Positions 26,015-33,913 of a stretch of 34,723 bases of DNA are shown here, in pieces. Both the position numbers and the translations under genes were made by a program. The stretch lies in contig CAXNDX010000001.1 in NCBI GenBank assembly GCA_964201585.1, forward strand, positions 1-34,723. Direction: 5' to 3'. Source of the DNA: Candidatus Woesearchaeota archaeon. GTDB lineage: Archaea > Nanobdellota > Nanobdellia > Woesearchaeales > GW2011-AR9. Under the pieces are notes generated by a model. The model saw nothing but the letters and a program-made list of their open reading frames with translations. It was not told the origin of the DNA and did no database searches. The stretch's first letter is position 1. Each line of letters begins with the position of its first letter.

Positions 26015-26188
26015 TTAAAACTTATGGAGAAACTTCCTCATCCGAAAACCTTTCCTAAACTGTTCGCGCAGTGCTTTAGAATCAACTTGTGTTAAAATCC
26101 TTTTCAATTTCTTCTCCCCATAGGGGATATACCTCCATTTTAATACGCAACTTTCTTCATCATTAATATTTTTGATACAAACATCCAT
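26015..26188 (-). pseudogene. Truncated vapB paralog (internal in-frame deletion, no PIN partner)
   Basis: MDVCIKNINDEESCVLKW-RYIP-YGEKKLKRILTQVDSKALREQFRKGFRMRKF matches the N- and C-termini of the 82-aa VapB at 27490-27738. It lacks the central RHH helices. Confidence 0.5.
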
Positions 26189-26445
26189 ATTTACATAAAA
26201 ATTAGCGAGAAAGCCTCCAGCTTTAGCTGGAGGATGAATCGCAGTACGCTGATTTTTATGTTCAAGAAAATATGCAACGACATATTTTCTGAACAGAAAA
26301 CCGAAACAATCGGTTTTCTTGTTCCGAAAACTCGCCAATGTAGGCGAGGGCGTAAAGCCACGGCTTTTAGCCCGCGGATAGTTGCCGCAAGGCAACTTGA
26401 GAACCGCAGTGACCCTAGCCCGAGTAGGCGAGTTTTCGTTACACT
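26189..26445 (-). ncRNA. GC-rich, highly structured element of unknown class between the duplicated vapB promoter and the vapB remnant
   Basis: A 12-bp closing stem (26325-26336/26427-26438) encloses two hairpins: 26348-26373 and 26374-26407 (tetraloop GCAA on the + strand). Three more hairpins follow at 26291-26324, 26265-26290 and 26214-26233, then T5 on the - strand. Confidence 0.4.
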
Positions 26446-26496
26446 TAACTTGCAGAACTCTTTAAACTTTTCTCTATTTTATAACTTGTTATACTT
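26446..26496 (-). repeat. vapB promoter/operator repeat, copy 1
   Basis: Matches 27748-27798 at 48 of 51 positions. Contains TATA (TTTAAAGA on the - strand, 26459-26466) and the palindrome tataac-tt-gttata (26480-26493). Confidence 0.8.
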
Positions 26497-26497
26497 C

Positions 26498-26839
26498 TCA
26501 TTTAAATCCACTTGGGCCAATGGTTCGAAGAATATGCTTTATCTCATTAATTGTTTCCTGTTGATGATTTTTATCTGACATTCGTACGAATTGTAATAAC
26601 AGGTCAATCAATTTTTTCTCGTCAAGGCATCGTAATCTGAAGCCATCTGTAATGAAATAAACTCTAAAATTCTTATATTTTAATTCTTTTATTACAATTC
26701 CACCAACAGTACCTAGAATTTTTCTTTTATGTGGTGATGTTTCAAGAGATTCTAATAAATCAAGTATTTCGTGTGCTTCGCCTTTAAATTTAGTTGAAAT
26801 TTCTTCAAATAAAGACTTTACGATTTCAATTTTGGCCAT
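26498..26839 (-). CDS. RelE/ParE-superfamily toxin-like protein
   Basis: IVIKELKYKNFRVYFITDGFRL is typical of RelE/HigB-type toxins. Overlaps the upstream small gene by 22 nt. Confidence 0.55.
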   Translation of the reverse strand: MAKIEIVKSLFEEISTKFKGEAHEILDLLESLETSPHKRKILGTVGGIVIKELKYKNFRVYFITDGFRLRCLDEKKLIDLLLQFVRMSDKNHQQETINEIKHILRTIGPSGFK

Positions 26840-27030
26840 CTTTTATTTAATTCTTTTCTTGCTTCGTCTATCGACAGTGTGTCTTTTGAAGAGAATAAAA
26901 ATTGGCGTAATTGTTCTTTTACAGCGAGATCGTACATTCTTTTGATGATGTCTTCATAGGTATCTTCTTTGGAGCCAAAAGTACTTATCTGTTGTTTTGT
27001 TTCCGCGCTGATTTGGATAGTTGTGTTCAT
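26818..27030 (-). CDS. Small antitoxin-like protein (RHH-like N-terminus)
   Basis: The first ATG gives MNTTIQISAETKQQISTFGSKEDTYEDIIKRMYDL. The track start at 27081 is GTG. TTTATATA lies upstream. Confidence 0.5.
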   Translation of the reverse strand: MNTTIQISAETKQQISTFGSKEDTYEDIIKRMYDLAVKEQLRQFLFSSKDTLSIDEARKELNKRWPKLKS

Positions 27031-27090
27031 TCTATATCTACTATAGTGGCCATAGTATATAAATATTTCGCCAAAATTCACTCCAAATCC

Positions 27091-27489
27091 CTACAATTCC
27101 AAAATCACTTTCTTTAACCCTGGCACTCTCTTAAAATCACTATCTAACGTCAATAATGTATCTCCTTTCTCCATTGTCACGGCTGCGATAAATAAATCAA
27201 ATTGTGCAATTCCTAAACCTTTCTTTAACATCTGATGCAGCACCTCAGAAAAAAGTAAACCGCTGCGATACGTTGTTTGTAAAATTGTGTATTGTTCTAA
27301 CCTCTCTAATATCCTATCTTTATTTTTATCATTCTTGCCTAAAATCCCATAATAAAATTCGCAAAAAGTGAAGATCGTAATTGCCAATTCCACATCCGGC
27401 GCATCTTTTAACACCGCAATTTGTTGAATAATCTTTTCATTTCCTTTTTCTACTTCAATTAATACGCTTGTATCAAGTACAAATCCCAT
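27091..27489 (-). CDS. vapC: PIN-domain toxin VapC
   Basis: MGFVLDTSVLIE, then FCEFYYG, then LLTLDSDFKRV. The start codon abuts the vapB stop. Confidence 0.85.
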   Translation of the reverse strand: MGFVLDTSVLIEVEKGNEKIIQQIAVLKDAPDVELAITIFTFCEFYYGILGKNDKNKDRILERLEQYTILQTTYRSGLLFSEVLHQMLKKGLGIAQFDLFIAAVTMEKGDTLLTLDSDFKRVPGLKKVILEL

Positions 27490-27738
27490 TCAGAACTTCC
27501 TCATTTTAAACCCTTTCCTAAATTCTTCACGTAGTACCTTAGAATCTACTTGTGTTAAAATTCCCTTTAATTTTTTTTCTCCATAAAGAACCTTCTCCCA
27601 ATTACTTCCCTGACATGCACTATGATGTTCTTTGATGACTTTTGCAAAAAAATCCCCCATCTTTACTCCATGCCGTATTGATTCTGATTTAAACACACAC
27701 CATTCTTCTTCATTTATATTTTTGATACAGACATCCAT
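27490..27738 (-). CDS. vapB: RHH-type antitoxin VapB
   Basis: VCIKNINEEEWCVFKSESIRHGVKMGDFFAKVIKEH is a ribbon-helix-helix pattern. TTTAAATA is centred 26.5 nt upstream of the ATG. Confidence 0.7.
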   Translation of the reverse strand: MDVCIKNINEEEWCVFKSESIRHGVKMGDFFAKVIKEHHSACQGSNWEKVLYGEKKLKGILTQVDSKVLREEFRKGFKMRKF

Positions 27739-27747
27739 CTCTTCACC

Positions 27748-27798
27748 TAACTCGCAGAACTATTTAAACTTTTCTATATTTTATAACTTGTTATACTT
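27748..27798 (-). repeat. vapB promoter/operator repeat, copy 2
   Basis: TATA at 27761-27768 and palindrome tataac-tt-gttata at 27782-27795. Paralog of 26446-26496. Confidence 0.8.
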
Positions 27799-27827
27799 TT
27801 TTTAAGATAAAATAACCTTTCATACCC

Positions 27828-28724
27828 CTACGTCCTTGGCACATCTGTAGGTGAAACAACTTTTGTTCGAATATGATAATGCGTAGAGTGCCCCGGCTCA
27901 TGACGTAATACCCCTCCAACCTCATTCCATCTCTGCATCCCATACTTTCCAACCACATACGACCGTAATCCATTAATCAATTTCTGATCTAGAAAAATCA
28001 TCTCAACCTCAAACGGCCCTCGTACTACAGAATCAATAAACAACCAATTCGCATCAAGCGCCTGAGTATTATTAAAATCCGGATGTAACCCTCCTCTCTT
28101 TTTCATTTTAGTTGTGGCATTATAATATCTTCCTTCAACCACGTCATACCCATAAATCCCCACATCTACATCTCGACCATTATGATGACTTTTATGCGGT
28201 CGTAATCTCCCTCCTCCTTCCCGACTTAAATCATGCACAACCAACGGCACATCATACACCTCTTTCATCACACATGCCGAATAATTGATCACATCAACCA
28301 ACTCTTGGCGTCCATACGTCCGTTCAGGTTTTCGTATCTCTACTAACTCGCTCTCTTTCAACTTCATCTGTGAACGACCAATCAATCCTCGCAACCCTGA
28401 AGCTGGCATTCTATATTCATTTAATTTTACTCGACACATCACCTGTGGCCTATGCTCTTGTTCATTCATCTCTACCATACACTGTTCTAACGTTTTCCCT
28501 TCAGAAACAAGCCCCGTATATTTTTCTCTCTTATCCTCATTAACTTGTTTCACAAAAGAAGGAATATACTCCTCTGCTCTCACATAAGAACTATGTGCAG
28601 CTGCAACTGCTCCGACGACAAACGGCAGCAATCTTTTTCCAATTAAATGTAAATATTCTTTCATTCTTCTTAGTATCTCACGTACTCTACACCTAAACCA
28701 AGAACATACATTAAATCTATTCAT
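27828..28724 (-). CDS. LAS-family zinc peptidase resembling penicillin-insensitive murein endopeptidase MepA (M74)
   Basis: RPHKSHHNGRDVDVGIY and EPGHSTHYHIRT match the H..(.)..D and H.H zinc ligand motifs. A signal-like segment follows the alternative ATG at 28664 (MKEYLHLIGKRLLPFVVGAVAAAHS). Confidence 0.7.
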   Translation of the reverse strand: MNRFNVCSWFRCRVREILRRMKEYLHLIGKRLLPFVVGAVAAAHSSYVRAEEYIPSFVKQVNEDKREKYTGLVSEGKTLEQCMVEMNEQEHRPQVMCRVKLNEYRMPASGLRGLIGRSQMKLKESELVEIRKPERTYGRQELVDVINYSACVMKEVYDVPLVVHDLSREGGGRLRPHKSHHNGRDVDVGIYGYDVVEGRYYNATTKMKKRGGLHPDFNNTQALDANWLFIDSVVRGPFEVEMIFLDQKLINGLRSYVVGKYGMQRWNEVGGVLRHEPGHSTHYHIRTKVVSPTDVPRT

Positions 28725-28972
28725 CGGATTATTTGTAAAAAAAGTAAAAATAATCTAAAAACAACCTCAATCTAAAATAAAAAAATAAATCTATTTTCAT
28801 AAAGTGAACTGCTTTATCAAAAAGCATATACTGTATTTGTTTTTCACTTCAACTTCTTCAACTTATGAAATATCAATATCGGATACAACAAAATCAACAC
28901 GGCATACATTCCAAACAATAACCCATACCACTCTTTGTAAAATAACAGTCCTGCCATCGCCAACGTTCCCGC

Positions 28973-29953
28973 TCATCCAATATTCAAAAACAACTCTCTA
29001 CACCACCAAAAATTCATATCTTTTTCTTTCACATCCATACTAATTGCCAATCGTACCGGCGAACTAACTGTTGCTATAACTGTATACACTCCCATCACAA
29101 CTAAAAACCATACCAATGTAGTTGCAAACATAAATCCAATCGCACACAAAAATAACGACGAAAATAAAACCACAATATACTTCTTTCGCTCCTGTGTTCC
29201 ATCTGACACCTTTGCCACAAAAAACCCCGCAACTACCCCTGTAATTGCCACATAACTCCAAAAAAATCCTACTTCGGTTTCATTCTGCAAAAATCTCAGC
29301 GCATACACACTTAATATTACCGAACTAAAGAAATGTAATGCTCCCTCAAACATCGATATCGTTTTCAACCCTTTAAACCGTGCAATCGCCTCCCCTCGCT
29401 GCACCTTCCACACAACATCAGGAACTTTTCGCCAAAACCACCACATCGCCATAAAATATAATCCCGCCATCAGCAAAAATAACCACTTATATCCATAAAG
29501 CCGCATCAACAACGCTCCAATTGGTGGAATAATCATCGTTAACATTCCCGGTGCTACCATATAACTCCATGAATCCTGTGCATGTCTTGCTGAATGCGAC
29601 TCCTGAAAAAAAATCATATTCAACGGCACCCAGAATAAAATAATTAATCCTGCCCAACCAATAACATACACAAAAAACGCAATTTGCAAAGGCAATACAA
29701 AAAATCCAAACGCCATAACACAATTCAACATAAAACTCATACGCAAAAACCACTTACTCTTATACGTAGTCAAAAAAAACAACATCACTACACTCACAAT
29801 CGCAAGAGCCATATATCCAAAAATAAAAATCCACTTCCCATATCCCTGTTCGCGTAATAAAAACGGTAAAAAAAGAAATGAAATCGCCCAAAATCCCGTT
29901 TGTGTAAGCAGTAAGCGCAAGGGTAAAGAAAATCGTAAATTAAATCTCATCAT
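28973..29953 (-). CDS. MFS-type transporter, truncated at an in-frame TGA after about 10.5 TM helices
   Basis: A 6+central loop+4.5 TM layout. The same frame continues past the TGA (28973-28975) for 42 codons to the next stop at 28844-28846, completing TM11 and adding TM12. The track start at 29956 is GTG; the ATG is at 29953. Confidence 0.65.
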   Translation of the reverse strand: MMRFNLRFSLPLRLLLTQTGFWAISFLFLPFLLREQGYGKWIFIFGYMALAIVSVVMLFFLTTYKSKWFLRMSFMLNCVMAFGFFVLPLQIAFFVYVIGWAGLIILFWVPLNMIFFQESHSARHAQDSWSYMVAPGMLTMIIPPIGALLMRLYGYKWLFLLMAGLYFMAMWWFWRKVPDVVWKVQRGEAIARFKGLKTISMFEGALHFFSSVILSVYALRFLQNETEVGFFWSYVAITGVVAGFFVAKVSDGTQERKKYIVVLFSSLFLCAIGFMFATTLVWFLVVMGVYTVIATVSSPVRLAISMDVKEKDMNFWWCRELFLNIG

Positions 29954-29979
29954 CACTGCTCCCTATTTTTATACTACTC

Positions 29980-30441
29980 TCATTCTCTTAACACCGCAAC
30001 CATTCGTCGTAATATAAGATCCTCACGTTCCATGGACCCTTTATGAAAATCAAACCACACTCCATAAAACCACTCGCGTGAAAACATCCTCATTGAACCA
30101 TAATGTGGATCCTGCACATAAATATTCTTATCATCAATTCCTGCCACAAGTGACCAATGTCCCTCATCAGTTGACCACCATTGCACTAACACCGGAATAT
30201 TCTGAGTAATATACTCATTCACATTCGCAAATTGCGCAGTATCAATCACTCTTGTCTGCAATCCAAAATAGTTGCACCCTTTGATAATCCCATCTAACGA
30301 CACCCCTTTCTCACGTGTCGCTCCACACACCTGGGCAATCTCCTCTTCTGTTTTCTCACTCCCATAAAAATCAAGAATCATCTTAAGACATGCCGGTCCG
30401 CAAAACCCTGGTGACTGTGTAAACGGCTTATAATGCATCAT
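29980..30441 (-). CDS. Papain-fold thiol peptidase, C39-like (Peptidase_C39_2 / phytochelatin-synthase-like)
   Basis: FTQSPGFCGPACLKMILDFYG (catalytic Cys context) and EGHWSLVAGIDDKNIYVQDP (His/Asp). The track start at 30447 is TTG; the ATG is at 30441. Confidence 0.65.
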   Translation of the reverse strand: MMHYKPFTQSPGFCGPACLKMILDFYGSEKTEEEIAQVCGATREKGVSLDGIIKGCNYFGLQTRVIDTAQFANVNEYITQNIPVLVQWWSTDEGHWSLVAGIDDKNIYVQDPHYGSMRMFSREWFYGVWFDFHKGSMEREDLILRRMVAVLRE

Positions 30442-30447
30442 ACTCAA

Positions 30448-31644
30448 CTACTCACTCAACCCTTGTTTATATAACTCTCGCAAAAACATATTTCCTTGCG
30501 CCGCTCGTTCTGCTGTAAATCGTGTTGCGTTATATCCATCTTTTCGTAAATATCTATTTAAAGATGTTGAAGGATTAATTCCACTCTGTGTCATCTCAAT
30601 TATGGGATTAAGATATCCTTGCTCTGATTTAGACAACCCTTGTTCTGCAAATTGTATAATTTGACCCACATACTTCTGCATATGCTCAGATGTAAGCCCA
30701 TATCTAATCGCTTCCTGTTCTAACATTCGTAACGTTCGCAACGTTGGCAACACAATTTTTCGCTCCGAAAACTCATACTCATTATCTCGTTGCGCAATCT
30801 CAACTTTAATATTCTCTTGTAACATTCTATCATTACACCCTTTATACAATGCCATGGCTCCTAACCCATACTGCAACGGCGTGCTGTCACATGTTCGTAT
30901 TTCAAACGTTCCTGTTTTTCCAATTCCATCACGTGTACGAATCGGTGCATATCCTGTATTTTCTGGTGTAAACAACGAACCAAACTTTTCCGCTGACATT
31001 CCTGACGCACTCTGCCACTGCCAAAACCGTTCAATATTCTGCTTCTCCAACTCCTCTAACGTCTGCGGATAGTCCTGCAGTTGCGCATGCAATGGAAACG
31101 CTGAAAACACATGATACCTCATCAATTGGATTCGATGGCAATTCAAACTATTCAAGCCATCATAGCGTAAAGGTGACGTCGATGTAACACCATACGACAT
31201 CGGATCAAGTGCATATAACAACTGAAACTGCGCTAATTTTTTCTTCTCATTCGTATCTTGAGAAATATGAATATGGATTCCTGAAATCGTATTAATCTTT
31301 AAATTCTTCTCCCTGCCAATAATCGTATCATACGCATCATACCTCTCTTTACCTTCACGAGTAATTCCTTTTCCTGCTCCATACTCACTTGCCGCTACCG
31401 GATACACTCCATAATCAGCACAAATCTGTTCTAACAACCCTAATTTCTCCCTCATCTCTATTGCCAATTCACTAATTGTCTCCAGAGGTTTAGAATTATA
31501 CTCTACCTGTGCTAACGTCGCTTCGGCAACAAAACAACTCGGATTTCGTCTATCACCTAGAACTGTATCTGCTATATTAGAAAGATACCCCTCTTTATCT
31601 ATCAAATTCAATTCCACTTCCACACCTATAGATGATTGACTCAT
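30448..31644 (-). CDS. Carboxylate-amine ligase, glutamate-cysteine ligase family 2 (GCS2/YbdK-like)
   Basis: IGVEVELNLIDKEGYL, ISGIHIHIS and FEIRTCDS are typical of the GCS2 family. Confidence 0.8.
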   Translation of the reverse strand: MSQSSIGVEVELNLIDKEGYLSNIADTVLGDRRNPSCFVAEATLAQVEYNSKPLETISELAIEMREKLGLLEQICADYGVYPVAASEYGAGKGITREGKERYDAYDTIIGREKNLKINTISGIHIHISQDTNEKKKLAQFQLLYALDPMSYGVTSTSPLRYDGLNSLNCHRIQLMRYHVFSAFPLHAQLQDYPQTLEELEKQNIERFWQWQSASGMSAEKFGSLFTPENTGYAPIRTRDGIGKTGTFEIRTCDSTPLQYGLGAMALYKGCNDRMLQENIKVEIAQRDNEYEFSERKIVLPTLRTLRMLEQEAIRYGLTSEHMQKYVGQIIQFAEQGLSKSEQGYLNPIIEMTQSGINPSTSLNRYLRKDGYNATRFTAERAAQGNMFLRELYKQGLSE

Positions 31645-31702
31645 AATGTTATACCTCTTTTATCACAATTATTTAGCAAACATAAATTTTATTTGTAATC
31701 TA

Positions 31703-32740
31703 TTATTTGTCTAACTTTCCTGAACGTTCTAACGCTTCTGTCGCAATTCGCACAATTAACTGATCATACGTCATTCCCGCACCCTCAATCATATTTCGTA
31801 ACGTATCCCCAGTACTATGGATATCTGGATTAGCATTAATATCAATAATATACGGCACCGCTCGCCCTTGATCATCTCGTTTCACACGATAATCAAACCG
31901 TCCATAATCAGTTATTCCAAACAATTCCGCAATTCTTCCTGTATAATATTTTGTCATCTCCTCTAACGATTCTGGCAAGCCCGAAAATTCTGCCTTTGCC
32001 ACTTCATCCCATTTAATATCATAATCCCGAAACTTCGCTCTCCCCTCAAATCCCTTGCGGAACGCAAAATGCGCAACTTTCAAATACGATTTATTCGCAT
32101 TTCCCACAAAAAAACACGATAACTCTTTAAAATCTGCATCTTCCAGATACTCTTCTAACACCCACTGTGTCAAATCTCCTTTCTTTTGCTGTATCTCTTG
32201 TACTTTACCGCTCACCTGCTCAGGAGTATACATCACCGAATCTTTCGTCATGCCATAACTCCCATACGAATTACGCTGCTTTAAAATAACCGGAAACTTT
32301 TGTCCATTCCTCTTCTCGCTCATACCATCTCCCACTTCATCCCATTGCGAAAGTAATTGTACTTGCGGCGTTGGAATTCCCATCTCTTGCGTATATAATT
32401 TTGTAATATACTTATCTAACGTGCTTCGTAACACCGCACTTCCTGATCCCGTAAACGGAATTTTCAACACTTCCATAAACGACGCAATATGTGATTCATA
32501 TGCAATATTTTGATAAATCCCTAAATCTGCACAATTGAATACCAAATCAACTAGATTCCCTTCTTTTAACCGTTGCAAACCTTCTACCCATCGCAAATGA
32601 GTATCCAAATACAATCCTGCCACTGTATGCCCTTCTTTTCGTAATGCCTCTGTCACATCTTGTTGTATACCCCAAGAATTTTGTACTGGTTTTAGTTCAC
32701 TTTCACTAATCCCTTGATGTAATACGATAATATTTGCCAT
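31703..32740 (-). CDS. ATP-grasp ligase of the D-Ala-D-Ala ligase-like type
   Basis: N-terminal Ddl-like domain (VDLVFNCADLG...IPFTGSGS...DKYITK), a central FPVILKQRNSYGSYGM, and the C-terminal YGRFDYRV...YIIDINANPD. Confidence 0.8.
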   Translation of the reverse strand: MANIIVLHQGISESELKPVQNSWGIQQDVTEALRKEGHTVAGLYLDTHLRWVEGLQRLKEGNLVDLVFNCADLGIYQNIAYESHIASFMEVLKIPFTGSGSAVLRSTLDKYITKLYTQEMGIPTPQVQLLSQWDEVGDGMSEKRNGQKFPVILKQRNSYGSYGMTKDSVMYTPEQVSGKVQEIQQKKGDLTQWVLEEYLEDADFKELSCFFVGNANKSYLKVAHFAFRKGFEGRAKFRDYDIKWDEVAKAEFSGLPESLEEMTKYYTGRIAELFGITDYGRFDYRVKRDDQGRAVPYIIDINANPDIHSTGDTLRNMIEGAGMTYDQLIVRIATEALERSGKLDK

Positions 32741-32914
32741 ATAAATCCTCTTTTCACTTTATTATTCTTTTCTTTCTATGATTAATCACATTTCTCAAAC
32801 TATTAAAACGTATTTTTCATATTCTTTTCAAAACAGAAAAATATATAAGTAAAAAACACTTTTTCACAAAGAATAAGAACTTTCAACAAATAAAAATAAA
32901 ATATAACACACCCC

Positions 32915-33889
32915 ATGCTCCACAAAAAAGATTTACGGCTCTTATATGAACTCGATAGCAACTATCGTAAAACATTTACTCAGATCGGTAAAAAAATAAG
33001 AATGAGCGAACAATTAGTCAGCTATAAAATACATTCATTTGAAGAAAAAAAAATTATTCTTGATTATGTTCCTAATATCGACTATTCCCGTTTCGGCTAC
33101 CTTACGTTTATCGTCTTCTTCAAAGTCCATTACATCAACGAACAGAGCTTTGAACGCCTCACTCATAAACTCAAACAACATGAAAATATCACCTCCATAA
33201 TTGAATGTGACGGCAACTATGATTTGATGGTCACCTTCGCCGCAAAAAACCCCTCCTCTTTCAACAAAAAATTAAAACAATTAGTCTCTGAAAATCCAAA
33301 AGAACTTCGTCATCATACTATTCTTACAACCGTTGTAGAACATCACTTCCCTCGCAGTTATTTAATCGACTCAGAAGACCGCTATGACACCATTTTAGGC
33401 GGTGATCGTGAAGAAATCAAAATTGATCAACTCAATCTTAATCTCATCAAATCATTAATCAACGGCAAGAAAAAAGTAATTGACATCGCGCAAGAAATAA
33501 AAATCACTCCTAAAACCGTCATCACACACTTAAAATGGCTCGAAGAGCAACAAATCATCAAAAGCTATCGCCTCTTACTCAATCCTAAAGCAATGGACGT
33601 CTTTGCCAATATCATTTTAGTCAGATACCGCAATATTACATTAGAAGACGAAGAAAACTTCCGTCGCTTCTGTAAATACCATCCTAATGTCGTTGAATTC
33701 ACTAAAACATTTGGCGAATGGGATGTCGTCGTCCACACCGAAACAAACCATCGCGAACAATTCCGTAAACTCTCATTGCAGATTCGCGAAAAATTTGAAG
33801 ACATCATCGAAGCCAGCGACAACTTTCGCGTATTCAACATCCCCAAAAAACAATATCTTCCTCAAGAAATATTTAACGAAGAAAACTAA
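32915..33889 (+). CDS. Tandem-duplicated Lrp/AsnC-family regulator (two HTH+RAM units)
   Basis: Unit 1: DLRLLYELDSNYRKTFTQIGKKIRMSEQLVSYKI. Unit 2: NLNLIKSLINGKKKVIDIAQEIKITPKTVITHLKWLEEQQIIK. Each unit is followed by a RAM-like beta-alpha-beta segment. Confidence 0.75.
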   Translation: MLHKKDLRLLYELDSNYRKTFTQIGKKIRMSEQLVSYKIHSFEEKKIILDYVPNIDYSRFGYLTFIVFFKVHYINEQSFERLTHKLKQHENITSIIECDGNYDLMVTFAAKNPSSFNKKLKQLVSENPKELRHHTILTTVVEHHFPRSYLIDSEDRYDTILGGDREEIKIDQLNLNLIKSLINGKKKVIDIAQEIKITPKTVITHLKWLEEQQIIKSYRLLLNPKAMDVFANIILVRYRNITLEDEENFRRFCKYHPNVVEFTKTFGEWDVVVHTETNHREQFRKLSLQIREKFEDIIEASDNFRVFNIPKKQYLPQEIFNEEN

Positions 33890-33913
33890 AAATCACTTTT
33901 CAAAAAGCAATCT

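Noticed and set aside
26015-26395. 126-aa ORF in the track (MPCGNYPRAKSRGF...) extending upstream of the vapB-like remnant
   Set aside because: The extra 69 codons run through the GC-rich hairpin element and have no protein-like features. Homology to the intact VapB begins exactly at the internal MDVCIKN (ATG at 26188).
26325-26438. Possible 5S rRNA, RNase P RNA, group II intron domain V or c-di-GMP riboswitch
   Set aside because: The size and three-way junction recall 5S, and GAGUAGG plus short strings such as ACAGAAAACCG and GUAAAGCC recall other RNAs. However, the defining conserved loops are absent or out of order. Missing are the 5S loop C/E sequences, RNase P GGAAAGUCC with its P4 partner, and the domain V AGC triad with its 2-nt bulge. 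I therefore left it as unknown class.
28973-28975. Genome-wide reassignment of TGA to a sense codon
   Set aside because: TGA terminates several well-supported genes at expected lengths. Examples are the ATGA-coupled pair at 3204-3207, the YdeI-like gene, DHS-VOC and vapB. The MFS case is therefore local.
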